From positions 1,736,001-1,800,000 of the forward strand of contig JBODTK010000001.1 in the NCBI GenBank assembly GCA_050613775.1: a DNA stretch of 64,000 nt, in the 5' to 3' direction. The position numbers and the translations under genes are program-made. The notes beneath the pieces are model-generated. The model saw only the letters and a list, made by a program, of their open reading frames with translations. It searched no databases and was not told where the DNA came from. Source of the DNA: Neocallimastix sp. 'constans'. Its lineage: Eukaryota. Positions 51,352 to 63,047 of this stretch are shown piece by piece (within the stretch, counting starts at the first letter, position 1; the number at the start of each line of letters is the position of its first letter).

Positions 51352-54300
51352 ATAATGGACTTCCCAAGAAGTCCTCTCCGATTAAAACTATTCAATATAA
51401 TTATCCAACTTTAAACCCTCCTCTTCCTAATTCTTTCTTTTTGTTTAAATCATTTATCCCAACAATAAACAAAGGGAACAAAAACATTAAATTACAAACC
51501 AAATCAATGTTAGATTGTGGTTCTTACTGCAATTTTATTTCTACCAATTTAATCTCTCGGTTAAATCTTGTACCTCAAAAACTTAATAATAAAATATATA
51601 TAAAAGGTATTAGTGGTGATACAGATTCCATTAATGAATTTGTGTCTTTAAATTTTCAACTAAAAATCAAAATTAACAATACGTTTCATTTAATCAAATT
51701 TAAAGAAAAATTCCTTGTGTCAAAACATATTCCAGTGGATTTACTCCTTGGAAATCAATTTATGAAAAACTATAAAATACATTTTAGTTATGATAATCAT
51801 TATCTTTACTCTACTTTCAAAATCTCAAAATTTAAATCAAGAATTATAAAGAATTTTAAACAAAATGCGAATTCAATTAATTTTTATGACGGATTACCCT
51901 ATAATTACAACTTTTTAATCTATTCTTTTCTTTCAAATAAGGTATCAGAGGATTCTGAAGAACCTGATATTGAGCGTATTCCTGAACAGTATAAAGACCT
52001 TGCAATAGTCTTCAGTAAAAAGGAAGCAGATAAGCTTCCTCCCCATCGTTTAACGGACTGTGAGATCAATCTTCAACCAGGTGCTACTTTACATTATGGA
52101 CCAATCTACCCGCTTACATTGGAAGAATCAGAAGTTTTAAAAGATTACATAAAGGAAAACGAAAAGAAAGGATTTATTAGAGAATCTCACTCCCCAGCCG
52201 GCTATCCTGTTCTCTTTCAAAAAAAGAGTGATGGTTCTCTCCGACTCTGCGTTGACTACAAACGTTTAAATGCGGTTACTATTAGAAATTCCTATCCTTT
52301 ACCGCTCATCAACGACATTATTGAACGAGTCAAAGGAGCCAAGTACTTTACTAAATTGGACTTGCGCTCCGCATATAATTTAATTCGTATAAAGGAAGGC
52401 GATGAATATAAAACAGCTTTCCGTACTAAGTATGGACATTACGAATATTTAGTAATGCCATTTGGTCTTAAAAATGCACCTGCAATCTTCCAATCTTTTA
52501 TTAACTCTGTCCTTCGTCCATTCTTAGAGAAATCGGTAATACTCTACCTAGATGACATTCTAATTTATTCTAATTCATTAGATGATCATCATCAAACTGT
52601 ACGTGAGGTTCTCAAAAAGCTTATTGACAATAATTTATATGATAAACTTTCGAAATGTGAATTCGATAAAGAGGAAGTCGAATTCCTTGGACATATCATT
52701 TCTGGTTCTGGTGTGTCCACTGATCCAAAGAAGATCAAATCAATCAAAGAATGGCCCATTCCAAAAAACGTAAAAGAGGTTCAAAGGTTTCTTGGTCTTT
52801 GCAATTACTATAGAAGATTCGTAAGGAATTTTGCTGCTATTGCTAAACCTTTGCATGCTTTAACCAAGAAAGGAAGGAAGTTTGTTTGGTCTAAAGATTG
52901 TGATACCTCCTTCTCAATTCTCAAAAAACGTTTAACTTCTTCCCCTCTCCTCATGCATCCTGACTTAACAAAACCTTTTATTGTTGAGTGCGATGCTAGT
53001 AACTTTGCTATTGGAGCAGTTCTTTCCCAGTATGATAATGATAATAAGCTTCATCCTATTGCTTATTTTTCTCGTAGTCTTAACAATGCCGAAATAAACT
53101 ATTCGATTACCGATAAGGAACTTTTATCAATTAAAGAAGCTTTCTCATCATGGCATCACCTTTTGTTAGGTGCTAAATTCAAGATTAAAGTTTTTACTGA
53201 CCATAGAAATCTTCTATATACCCTTGGAGGAAAGATAGGTAATCAACGTCAACATCGTTGGCATCTATTCTTCCAAGAATACGACTTTGAACTTATCTAT
53301 CGCCAAGGTAAAAAGAATGGCAAACCCGATTCGTTATCCAGAAGACCAGACTACCAAAAGGAAGATATAGAGGATAAACCTGAGTTTATCTTAGACAGTA
53401 AGAATATTGGTAAAATCCCATGTTTAATTAGTATAACTAACGATCTTCTCAATAATATTAAAATAAACTTAAAGAATGATAAGGTTGCTGAGAATCTTCG
53501 TATATATTTTTCTGAAAATAATGTCTCTCAAGGTTTCCCTTATAAACCATTTCGCAAAATGAATAAGTTTAAATTAGAAAATGATTTAATATTATACAAC
53601 AATCTTATTTACATACCAGATCAACTTCGTTTAGATATTTTAACTCGTTATCATGAGAAACCTGCTGCGGGTCATTTTGGTGTCAAAAGAACTTTGGAGT
53701 TGATCTCAAGAAACTTTTGGTGGCCCAAGATGGAAGATGATGTTAAGAATTTTGTAAAGTCGTGTGAAACATGTATGAGAAACAAAAAATCTAGGCACCG
53801 AAAATTTGGGTTACTTCAACCGCTTGACGTTCCAGAAAGACCTTGGAAATCAATCGAAATTGATTTCTTATGTGGTCTTCCACCATCCAAAGGTAATACG
53901 GTGATTATGGTTGTAGTTGATAGATTTTCAAAAATGATACACCTTATTCCCTTCAAAGATATTCCAAATTCCGTACAAACAGCCAAAGCTTTTATCAATA
54001 ATATCTATAAGCTCCATGGTCTACCCTATGATATTATTACGGATAGAGGTTCACAGTTTACGAGTGAACTTTGGCAAGAATTTCTATTCTTATTAAATAT
54101 TAAATCGAAAATAGCTACTACTGACCACCATGAAACCGTAGGTCAAGTTGAACGATGCAATTCTTTCATCGAACAATACCTTCGCTGTTTCTCAAGATCT
54201 TTCTATCATGATGATTGGGTTGATTTTCTTCCACTTGCTGAATTTGCTTATAACAACTCAATTCACCCTTCCACTAACGAAACTCCCTTTTTTATCAACT

Positions 54301-54911
54301 ATGGATTTCATCCTTACATGGATGAATATACACTACTCCCTACTTGTAGCATTAATCATAAAATGGTTCAAAAAGTTTATGAAAGTTTTAATCATGTTAA
54401 AGAAGTTCTTCTCCGATCCCAAGAGCTATATAAACGTTCTGCTGATAGAAAAAGAATTACCGCTCCTTCTTACAACATTGACGATTTGGTGTGGATTCAA
54501 GCTCCCCCTTCGTTAAATATAGAATCAAGCTCAAAACTAGCTCCATGCAAATTTGGTCCATACAAAGTAACCAATGTTTTACATAATAATAATTATGAAA
54601 TTGAACTTAAAAATTCACCCTTTCCTAAGCATCATAATGTTTTCCACGTCTCTGAACTCGAACCATTCACACCAGTGCCTGAAAAGTTTAGAAAACGATA
54701 TAAAGATCCTGAGTCTATTAAGGATATTATTGAAATTGCGGGTTTTAGAACTAACTATAAGAAGAAACATTACGAATATAAAATCCGTTATAAATATCGT
54801 TCCTCCTATAATTGGGTATCTTCTTCTGAAGTTGAAGATAATCCAAGAAACCAAAATATTTTTATTAAATACATTAATAATAATAGGAAACCAGTCTCGA
54901 TCTCATATAGT

Positions 54912-54917
<6 letters not shown>
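51348..54917 (+). CDS. pol: Pol (PR-RT-RNase H-integrase-degenerate chromodomain), expressed by -1 frameshift
   Basis: MLDCGS protease, YLDD RT, ECDAS/TDHRNL RNase H, HHCC + DDE + GPY integrase. The frame is open upstream of 51441 back to the slippery site at 51342-48. Confidence 0.95.
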
Positions 54918-54981
<64 letters not shown>

Positions 54982-56834
54982 TTCTTTAAAAATATATATT
55001 CAACACAATTTATTTCTCCAACTAATTTGAAATTCACATGGCCAATTGAACATTTATGTTCAAGTGAATTTCAAATACTTCTTGAGTACTCTTTTGAATA
55101 AACTAATATCAAAAATATTAGTATTCTTGAATTCGCCTGGAATGCGAATTCTTGGAGAGAGCGTTGTCAAGGATTTGATACAAATTAATTTATATTTAAT
55201 ACCACAAAAATAACAATTTAATTATAAATATAATTTGTACTCCTTAAATCCTTGTACCGTTCATAACCAAATTAATATTGTATTACATATTAATTAATAT
55301 TATCCCTTTTATACATTATTGAACCCCTAATATATTAATTGATTAATATTGTATTACATATTAATTAACATTATCCCTTTTTATATTAATTAATATAGTT
55401 GAATATTATTTATAAAAATTGTTTTTTATTAATTATATTATTTTATATATTTTTATTATCTTATATTATATATGTATTATTCTATTACTTTATATATTAA
55501 AATTATATTTTATATTGTTATCTTTAAATTAGTATTTATTAAAATATATTATTAAATATTTTATATTGTTTTTCAAAATATAAAAGAACTAAAAAATATT
55601 CTTTTTTAAATCTTTGTAAGATTATTATTTACAAATAATCTGATAACTTTATAATAAAACATATTAAATAAAAATATAGTTAATTAAAAGTTTAATAATA
55701 AAATAATATTTTATATTTGAATAAATCAATTTATAAAAATAAAATAATATCAAAAGGTTATTAGATTAAAGGCTTCCAACCAAGTTTACCCTTTAATCTA
55801 AGTACCAACTTAACATAAAATAATAATTATATCACTTTACATTCTTATTAAATATCTCGTATTAAAGAATTGACAAACGATTCTATTATCTTAATTTGAA
55901 GTTATTACTTCAAAAGTGATAATAGATGTATCAAGTTTGAATTAATATAAATTTAATATAAATGAATTTATGTTATTATTATTAATAATTAAGTTATTAT
56001 TATTCTAGCTTAACACTGAATTGTTATTAATTTTTCAAAATTATACATTTCTTTTGTGTTTAGAATTAATTTTTATTATTATATTTATTAATTTTTATTA
56101 TTATATTTATTAATTTTTTTTATTATTATTTATTAATTTTTATTATTATTTATTATTATAATATTTAGTTATTTTTTTTTTTATTACATTTCTAATAACA
56201 ACGAGAAATTAATTTTATAAAATATTTACAAGTATTTATATTTTTACAATAATTTAAAGTATTTACAATTTTTAATAATAAAATAATTAAGAATAATTAT
56301 ATTTATAAAAATAAACAATAAAATAAACAAATTGTAACGAATATTGGAATATCCGTGTTTTAAAGAGTGTAACACAATAGGTAAGCACTTTTTGATTAAT
56401 AAGTAATTTGGTTTTTTAAAATATAGTTTTATTAATTAAGAAATTTAAAAATATTAATTATAAAGATTAATTATTGTAATATTTCGAATTACTTATTAAT
56501 TAATTCAATAATTAATAAAAACACAATTTTTTAAAATATTTTTTTTTTTTGGCTGCAAAATTCACTCCTATTTATAGTTTTTCAAAATTTAAATCCATAA
56601 AAATTTAAAACCATAAAATCATTAAAAAGTTTCATAAAAATTGATTATTTTCGGTTAAAAAGAATCTAAAGGAAATAATGATAAAAGATAAATTAAAATA
56701 GAATTTCTATCTGATTTGTTTCTATTAATTTCTAAGAATTTCTTTTGTTAATTTTTACAGAAATTTATACAGAAACAAATACAGAAACAAATACAGAAAT
56801 GAAGTATAAAAATTCTTTAAAATTTAAATGATAT

Positions 56835-56913
56835 AAAATTTTAGTAAAGGTGTGAGTCGAACCCTAGTGGTTCAGGCTGAGGTCATAGTGACTAACCACT
56901 ATGCCAGCATTCT
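56835..56913 (-). promoter_or_regulatory. tRNA-like Pol III internal promoter (A box + B box + T4) in 3' LTR
   Basis: Minus strand TGGCATAGTGG (56906-896) and GGTTCGACTC (56863-854) at tRNA spacing, then TTTT. Confidence 0.65.
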
Positions 56914-57251
56914 AATTTCTAATTTTTTAAGATTCGTTACATGGTCCTCCTCTAGGATTCGGATGCCAGACGAATCTTTTGCTTTAAATCTAAACTATTT
57001 CTAATTCTAACTTTTATAATAATAGACTATAACTAAAATACTTATAGGAGTGATAATTTAATTAATACATTGAATAATAAAAATTACATGAATTTTAAGT
57101 TTTAAAAATAAAGTATAAAAATAAAACTATCTAGAATAAATGTTTTTGAATAATATAAAATAATTTTTTTTTTTTTTAAAATAATCATAAGTTAGAATGA
57201 TTAATAGTACTTTGATGAAATAAAATTTATTTTTGATTAAATGATTTATAT

Positions 57252-60235
57252 TTAGTTGGACTCATTAAATTCTTTGATTAGTTCAGGGCAGTTGAGGTTG
57301 GATTCAGGTTCCCACGAGGCATCAGATAGTGAGTATCCTTTCCATTTGATGAAATATTGAATTTTTCCATAATGTTTTCTTTTATCCAGAATCTTTTCAA
57401 CTTCATATTCTTCTTCATCATCTATGATAACCGGTGGAGGTGGTGCTTGAGTTCTATTAAAATTGTCTTCATAATATGGTTCTAATTCGGATACATGTAT
57501 AATTGGATGAATTCTATACTTCTTTGGTAGATCTAATTTGTAAGTTACCGGAGAGATTTTCTTTGTAATTTTGAAAGGTCCTAATTTTCTTGGTTTAAGT
57601 TTTTTGTTTTTGTTTCTTAAAATGAGAGAACTATTCAGCCATACTTTATCATTTTTCTTGAATTCTGGGGCTTGGGTTCTGTGTTTATTTGCAAAGTTTT
57701 CTTGTTTCTTAGAGGCGGTTTCCAAATTCTTTTTTAATTCCTTAGAGAGAACAGATAAATTTACTACAAAGTCTTCAGCTCTTGGTACATCGATGTTACT
57801 TGGTATTTCTGGTGAATGCCTAGGATTGAATCCATAATTTGCATAGAAAGGTGAGTAATTAGACGATTCCTGGATTGTATTGTTGTAACTAAATTCGGCC
57901 AGATAAAGATAGTTACTCCAATTAGATCCTTTGTAGTTAGCAAAACATCTTAAATATTGTTCAATAACGGAGTTCACCCTCTCCGTCAAACCGTTAGTTT
58001 GGTGATGGGATGGAGAAGAGAACTTCAACTTAATGTCGAGGGCATCGCAAACAGCAGTCCAAAATTTAGAGGTAAATTGGGTTCCTCTATCGGATAGAAT
58101 TTCATTTGGTAAGCCGTGGAGTCGAAAGACGGTTTTCATAAAAGCAGAAGCAGTGTCAGGGGCGGAAGGAACGTTTTCAAAAGGAATAAAGTGGCACATT
58201 TTAGAGAAGCGGTCGACAATGACAAAGATACAAGTAAAACCAGAAGATTCAGGGAGATCGGTAATAAAATCCATAGCAATAGAGATCCAAGGGCGATTAG
58301 GAATTTCAAGCGGTTGTAAGTATCCATAAGGTTTGTGTCTTGAGTCCTTAGAACGGCAGCAAGTTTCGCAGGAGCGAATATAGTCTTTAGCATCAGAGTT
58401 AAGCGAGGGCCACCAAAAGTCGCGATTTAAAAGATTAATTGTTTTTCGAATTCCGAAGTGACCAGCGGAGGGAGAGTCATGGCAGATCTTAAAAGCGTGT
58501 GAGCGGCAGTTAGGCCGAATATAAAGTTTGTTGTCAAAGAGAAGGTAACCGTTACTAAGTGAGAATTTATCGATTTTAGGATGTGGGATTGGGAGCTTGT
58601 TATTTCCAAGGTAGTCACAAACGTTATGATAAAATGAATCGTTTTTACATTCGGAAAGGATTTCTTCAGTGAAAGGTACAGCGGAAGTTGGGAAAGCAGC
58701 AAAGTTTTCAGGACGGAGCACTGAGAAGGGGATTTCATTAAAATTTTGTTCAGAAGCATCATAATCAGGTCTTCTTGAGAGCGCATCGGGTTTTCCATTG
58801 ATTGAGCCATAAAACAGTTTTGCATCGGGTTTTAGTTTTATCTCACAATCATATTGACGATGAGGTGGTAGTTTGTTGGCAGATTTTTCATCGAAGACAT
58901 CAATAAATTGCAAAAGCTTTTCAGGAAGATTGTTCGTTTCAGGTTGATTAATTGATTCTAAGGTTTCATCATCAAGTTGGGGTTCTTTTTCTGTAACGTG
59001 AGCAGTGAAAGTCATAGGAATAACCAGGCAATTATTAGTGCAATAACTTGATTTAAAGCAAAGTTTCTTTTCAGAGAAATTTATCATTGGATTATGGGTA
59101 CAGAGCCATTCAGAGCCAAGTATGCAGCAGTAAGAGGGTAAATCGATGATGTAGAATTCAGCTAAGCATTTGTGATTATCATAAGTGAGGGAGAGTGGCA
59201 TGGTTTTGCCTAATATAGTTTGATTTCCACCTATACCGGAGACTTGTGGGACAACATTTTGTTTTTCGAAGGGAATATTATTTTCTTTTGCGAAGTAGAT
59301 ATCCATAAGATTTAATTGTGATCCGGAGTCAATTAAAATTTTGGTTTTAACAGAAGCGTTTGAGGTACTTATATTGAATTCAAAGGTTGCAGTTTTAACA
59401 TTGGGATTATCAGAGAGTCTTGGTCTTGGTTTGGTTGTTTCTGGATTTGTTACGTAAGTAGTATTACTGCTTGTACTGTTATTATTGTTTCTTTTTCTGT
59501 TTTTGATGGGGCAATTATCAAGTTGGTGGTCAGTAGATCCACAATAGAGGCAGAGGTTTTCCTTTCTTCTTCTTTCTTTCTCTTCTTTTGAAAGAGGTCC
59601 ATGGGTTTTATTAGGTTTGGATTGAAAAGGTTTTTTACCAGCGTTTCTTTTAAAATTGTTTCTAGTATTACTATTATTGTTGTTTTGTCGGTTGGTTAAG
59701 TTATTAAAGTTTCGATGGTTTGATATGCGGCTATCGATTCTGGAAGCAATTGTTTGCATTGCGAATAATGAACGGGGTCCTGGAAACATTTCGAGTATTC
59801 TGGTAGCTATTTGGTCTTGTAATCCATCCAAGAAAGCATCCATCTTGGCTTCTTCGTTCCAAGATGAATCATCAGCATATCGGTTGAATTCCATGATGTA
59901 ATGTTGAATATCACCGATTCTTTTTTGCTTTATTGTTCTTAACCTATGGTTTGCCACGAAAGTTGCGTCATTATTCCCAAAAACCGATTTCATTCGTTCG
60001 ATGAATTCTTCGTAATTACCTAGGCATGGATCCATGTTTTCAATTAACGTTGCTGCCCAGTTCATAGCGGTTCCATATAGTCTTGAAATAATGTATACCA
60101 CTTTTGATTCATCATCAACGAATCTATCTGGATAGATCATAAAAAGAAGTTCAATTTTAGCGAGGAATCCTTTAAAATACCTTCTATCGCCGGCGAATCC
60201 ATCCTTGAGTGTTGCATTACTATTGTTTACTTCTT

Positions 60236-60239
<4 letters not shown>
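57252..60239 (-). CDS. Gag-CCHC-protease-(RT/RNase H deleted)-integrase-chromodomain single ORF
   Basis: CLYCGSTDHQLDNC, LIDSGS, then CEIKLKPDAKLFYGSI|NGKPDALSRRPDY, HHCC-DDE integrase, EYEVEKILD...YFIKWKGY..SWEPE chromodomain. No YxDD motif. Confidence 0.93.
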
Positions 60240-60277
<38 letters not shown>

Positions 60278-60372
60278 CTAATTATTGATTACTAATTATT
60301 AATTATTAATTATTAATTATTATTAATTATTAAATATTGATTATTACTAATTATTATTAATTATTATTATTA

Positions 60373-60555
60373 ATTATTACTAATTATTGAATATTGATTA
60401 TTACTATTAATTATTACTAATTATTGAATATTGATTATTACTATTAATTATTACTAATTATTGAATATTGATTATTACTATTAATTATTACTAATTATTG
60501 AATATTGATTATTACTATTAATTATTACTAATTATTGAATATTGATTATTATTAT
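60373..60555. repeat. 37-bp AT-rich tandem repeat (~5 copies) in element leader
   Basis: Unit ATTATTACTAATTATTGAATATTGATTATTACTATTA. Confidence 0.85.
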
Positions 60556-60648
60556 TATTAATTATTAATTATTAATTATTACTAATTATTGATTATTAAT
60601 TATTATTATTAATTATTAAATATTAATTATTAAATATTAATTATTACT

Positions 60649-60686
<38 letters not shown>

Positions 60687-60911
60687 ATTATAATTATTGA
60701 TTTTGATTGAATAATAAATATACAATATAATTAATTATTAGAAGAAGTAAATATTTAATTTCAATATAAATAATTTTAATTTCAAGGATGGTTATATGGA
60801 TTATTGAAAATATTAATAATTTTAATATATAGTAAAATTCAAGGGTTCCGATTGAATTTATAAATTCATGAATGAATTTTGGTAGAAAAGTTTATAGTCT
60901 TGGTAAGTGGT

Positions 60912-61330
60912 TTCAAAAATAGTAGAAAATGGGATTCCTTAACGGGGTTCCAAAAAGAGTAATAGAGAATGGGATTACTTAACGGGGTTCCAAAAAGAGT
61001 AGTAGAGAATGGGATTCCTTAACGGGGTTCCAAAAAAGAATAGTAGTAAATGGGATTCCTTAACGGTGTTCCAAAAATAGTAGTAGAAAATGGGATTCCT
61101 TAACGGGATTCCTTAATTCCAAAAATAGTAGTAGAAAATGGGATTCCTTAACGGGGTTCCAAAAATAGTAGTAGAAAATGGGATTCCTTAACGGGGTTCC
61201 AAAAATAGTAGTAGAAAATGGGATTCCTTAACGGGGTTCCAAAAATAGTAGTAGAAAATGGGATTCCTTAACGGGGTTCCAAAAATAGTAGTAGAAAATG
61301 GGATTCCTTAACGGGGTTCCAAAAAGAGTA
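60912..61330. repeat. ~40-bp tandem repeat (~10 copies) in element leader
   Basis: Unit AAAAATAGTAGTAGAAAATGGGATTCCTTAACGGGGTTCC; no unique spacers. Confidence 0.95.
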
Positions 61331-61874
61331 AAAGTGCAAAGGTATTGTGCTTAGTTTAGTGGTGTTTTTATTGTAACGAATATTGGAATATCCGTGTTTT
61401 AAAGAGTGTAACACAATAGGTAAGCACTTTTTGATTAATAAGTAATTTGGTTTTTTAAAATATAGTTTTATTAATTAAGAAATTTAAAAATATTAATTAT
61501 AAAGATTAATTATTGTAATATTTCGAATTACTTATTAATTAATTCAATAATTAATAAAAACACAATTTTTTAAAATATTTTTTTTTTTTGGCTGCGAAAT
61601 TCACTCCTATTTATAGTTTTTCAAAATTTAAATCCATAAAAATTTAAAACCATAAAATCATTAAAAAGTTTCATAAAAATTGATTATTTTCGGTTAAAAA
61701 GAATCTAAAAGAAATAATGATAAAAGATAAATTAAAATAGAATTTCTATCTGATTTGTTTCTATTAATTTCTAAGAATTTCTTTTGTTAATTTTTTACAG
61801 AAATTTATACAGAAACAAATACAGAAACAAATACAGAAATGAAGTATAAAAATTCTTTAAAATTTAAATGATAT

Positions 61875-61953
61875 AAAATTTTAGTAAAGGTGTGAGTCGA
61901 ACCCTAGTGGTTCAGGCTGAGGTCATAGTGACTAACCACTATGCCAGCATTCT
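61875..61953 (-). promoter_or_regulatory. tRNA-like Pol III internal promoter in 5' LTR
   Basis: Identical copy; A box 61946-936, B box 61903-894. Confidence 0.65.
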
Positions 61954-62463
61954 AATTTCTAGTTTTTTGATAAGAATGTACTAAATAATGCATTCTTAAT
62001 TAAATCTACGATTTATTTCTAATACATTATGTGTACATTATTATTTTTGTACTTTAATAAATTTTTAAATCCAAAGATCAAAAATTAAATCAAAAATTAT
62101 ATTAAACTTTATATTTTTATATTAAATCTTATATTAATAGTAATATTTTTATATATTTAAAACTTATATTAGCAATATTAATAATAAATCTTATTTTTTT
62201 TATATTAATAATGAAAATTTATATTAATAATATTTTTATATATTGATAATTAAAAATTTATATATTATATTTTAACTTTTTATTATAAAATTTTATATCG
62301 AAATGTTTTATTTTATATTGAAAAATATTTTATTTTATTAAAAACCTTTATATTAGAATAGTATTTTTATTTTTATTTGAATATTTTAACAGATTGTAAT
62401 AAAAATTATAGCCAATTAAATAAATTCTTATTAGTAATATTTTAGATATTTTTAAATAAATAA

Positions 62464-62536
<73 letters not shown>

Positions 62537-63047
62537 TTTTATTAATATTATAAATGTATTTTATTTATATTGTTATAATTAAATTTTATATAATTAATTA
62601 TAAAAATCAATTTAAATTTAATAGTTTTTAAAAAAAAAAAAATAAATAAAATGTAATTTAGTGGCAAGAACAACTTTTATGCCTTGAAAAAAAGTATAAA
62701 TAGTTGTAAATTTTGCTACTAATTTTTAAATATCATCAAATAAAATCAAATAAATTTATAAATAAAAATAATAAATAAATAAATAAAATTTGTGTTTCCT
62801 TACTTTATTTTTATTTAATTCTCTAAAACCTTAACATTTATATGGTGGAGATATCGGGGAATTAAATAGAAATAATAGTAAATAACATAGATTTTTTTTT
62901 AATTTTTTTTTTATTTTATATTGATAAACAAGTAAGTCGTTAATCCTTTGATTAACCCATGGCGCTTGTTTGATATATATATATAAAAAAAATTTTTTTT
63001 AAATAAGTAAAATTAAGATTCTAAAAAAACAAATTTTGTAAAATTAT

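Larger units (their letters stand above)
49443..55815 (+). mobile_element. Apparently intact, young Ty3/Gypsy (Tf1/chromovirus-like) retrotransposon
   Basis: 651-bp LTRs 49443..50093 and 55165..55815 (TG...CA; two substitutions seen by eye), TSD TAAAA, PPT GGAGAGAG at ~55154, uninterrupted gag and pol. Confidence 0.97.
48954..55864. repeat. Probable further TGATAC-type LTR split by the 49443..55815 insertion
   Basis: Starts TGATACA 4 bp after the previous LTR; CGTATTA at 55858-64 resembles the family terminus. Confidence 0.4.
56333..61967 (-). mobile_element. Chromovirus LTR element lacking RT/RNase H; 3' LTR 56333..56941, 5' LTR 61372..61967 (outer end cut by another insertion)
   Basis: LTR TGTAACGAAT...ATTCGTTACA; about four differences between copies seen by eye; purine tract AGAGGAGG before the 3' LTR. 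Confidence 0.95.

Noticed and set aside
56845..56913. Functional tRNA gene
   Set aside because: Acceptor, anticodon and T stems do not pair; only the promoter boxes and their spacing remain.
56942..56965. TGGTCCTCCTCTAGG as a tRNA PBS for a plus-strand element
   Set aside because: The coding ORF is on the minus strand, where this reads as the purine tract before the 3' LTR; a self-priming site exists at the other LTR.
60912..61330. CRISPR-like array
   Set aside because: Units are contiguous near-identical repeats with no unique spacers, no cas genes, and they lie inside an LTR element.
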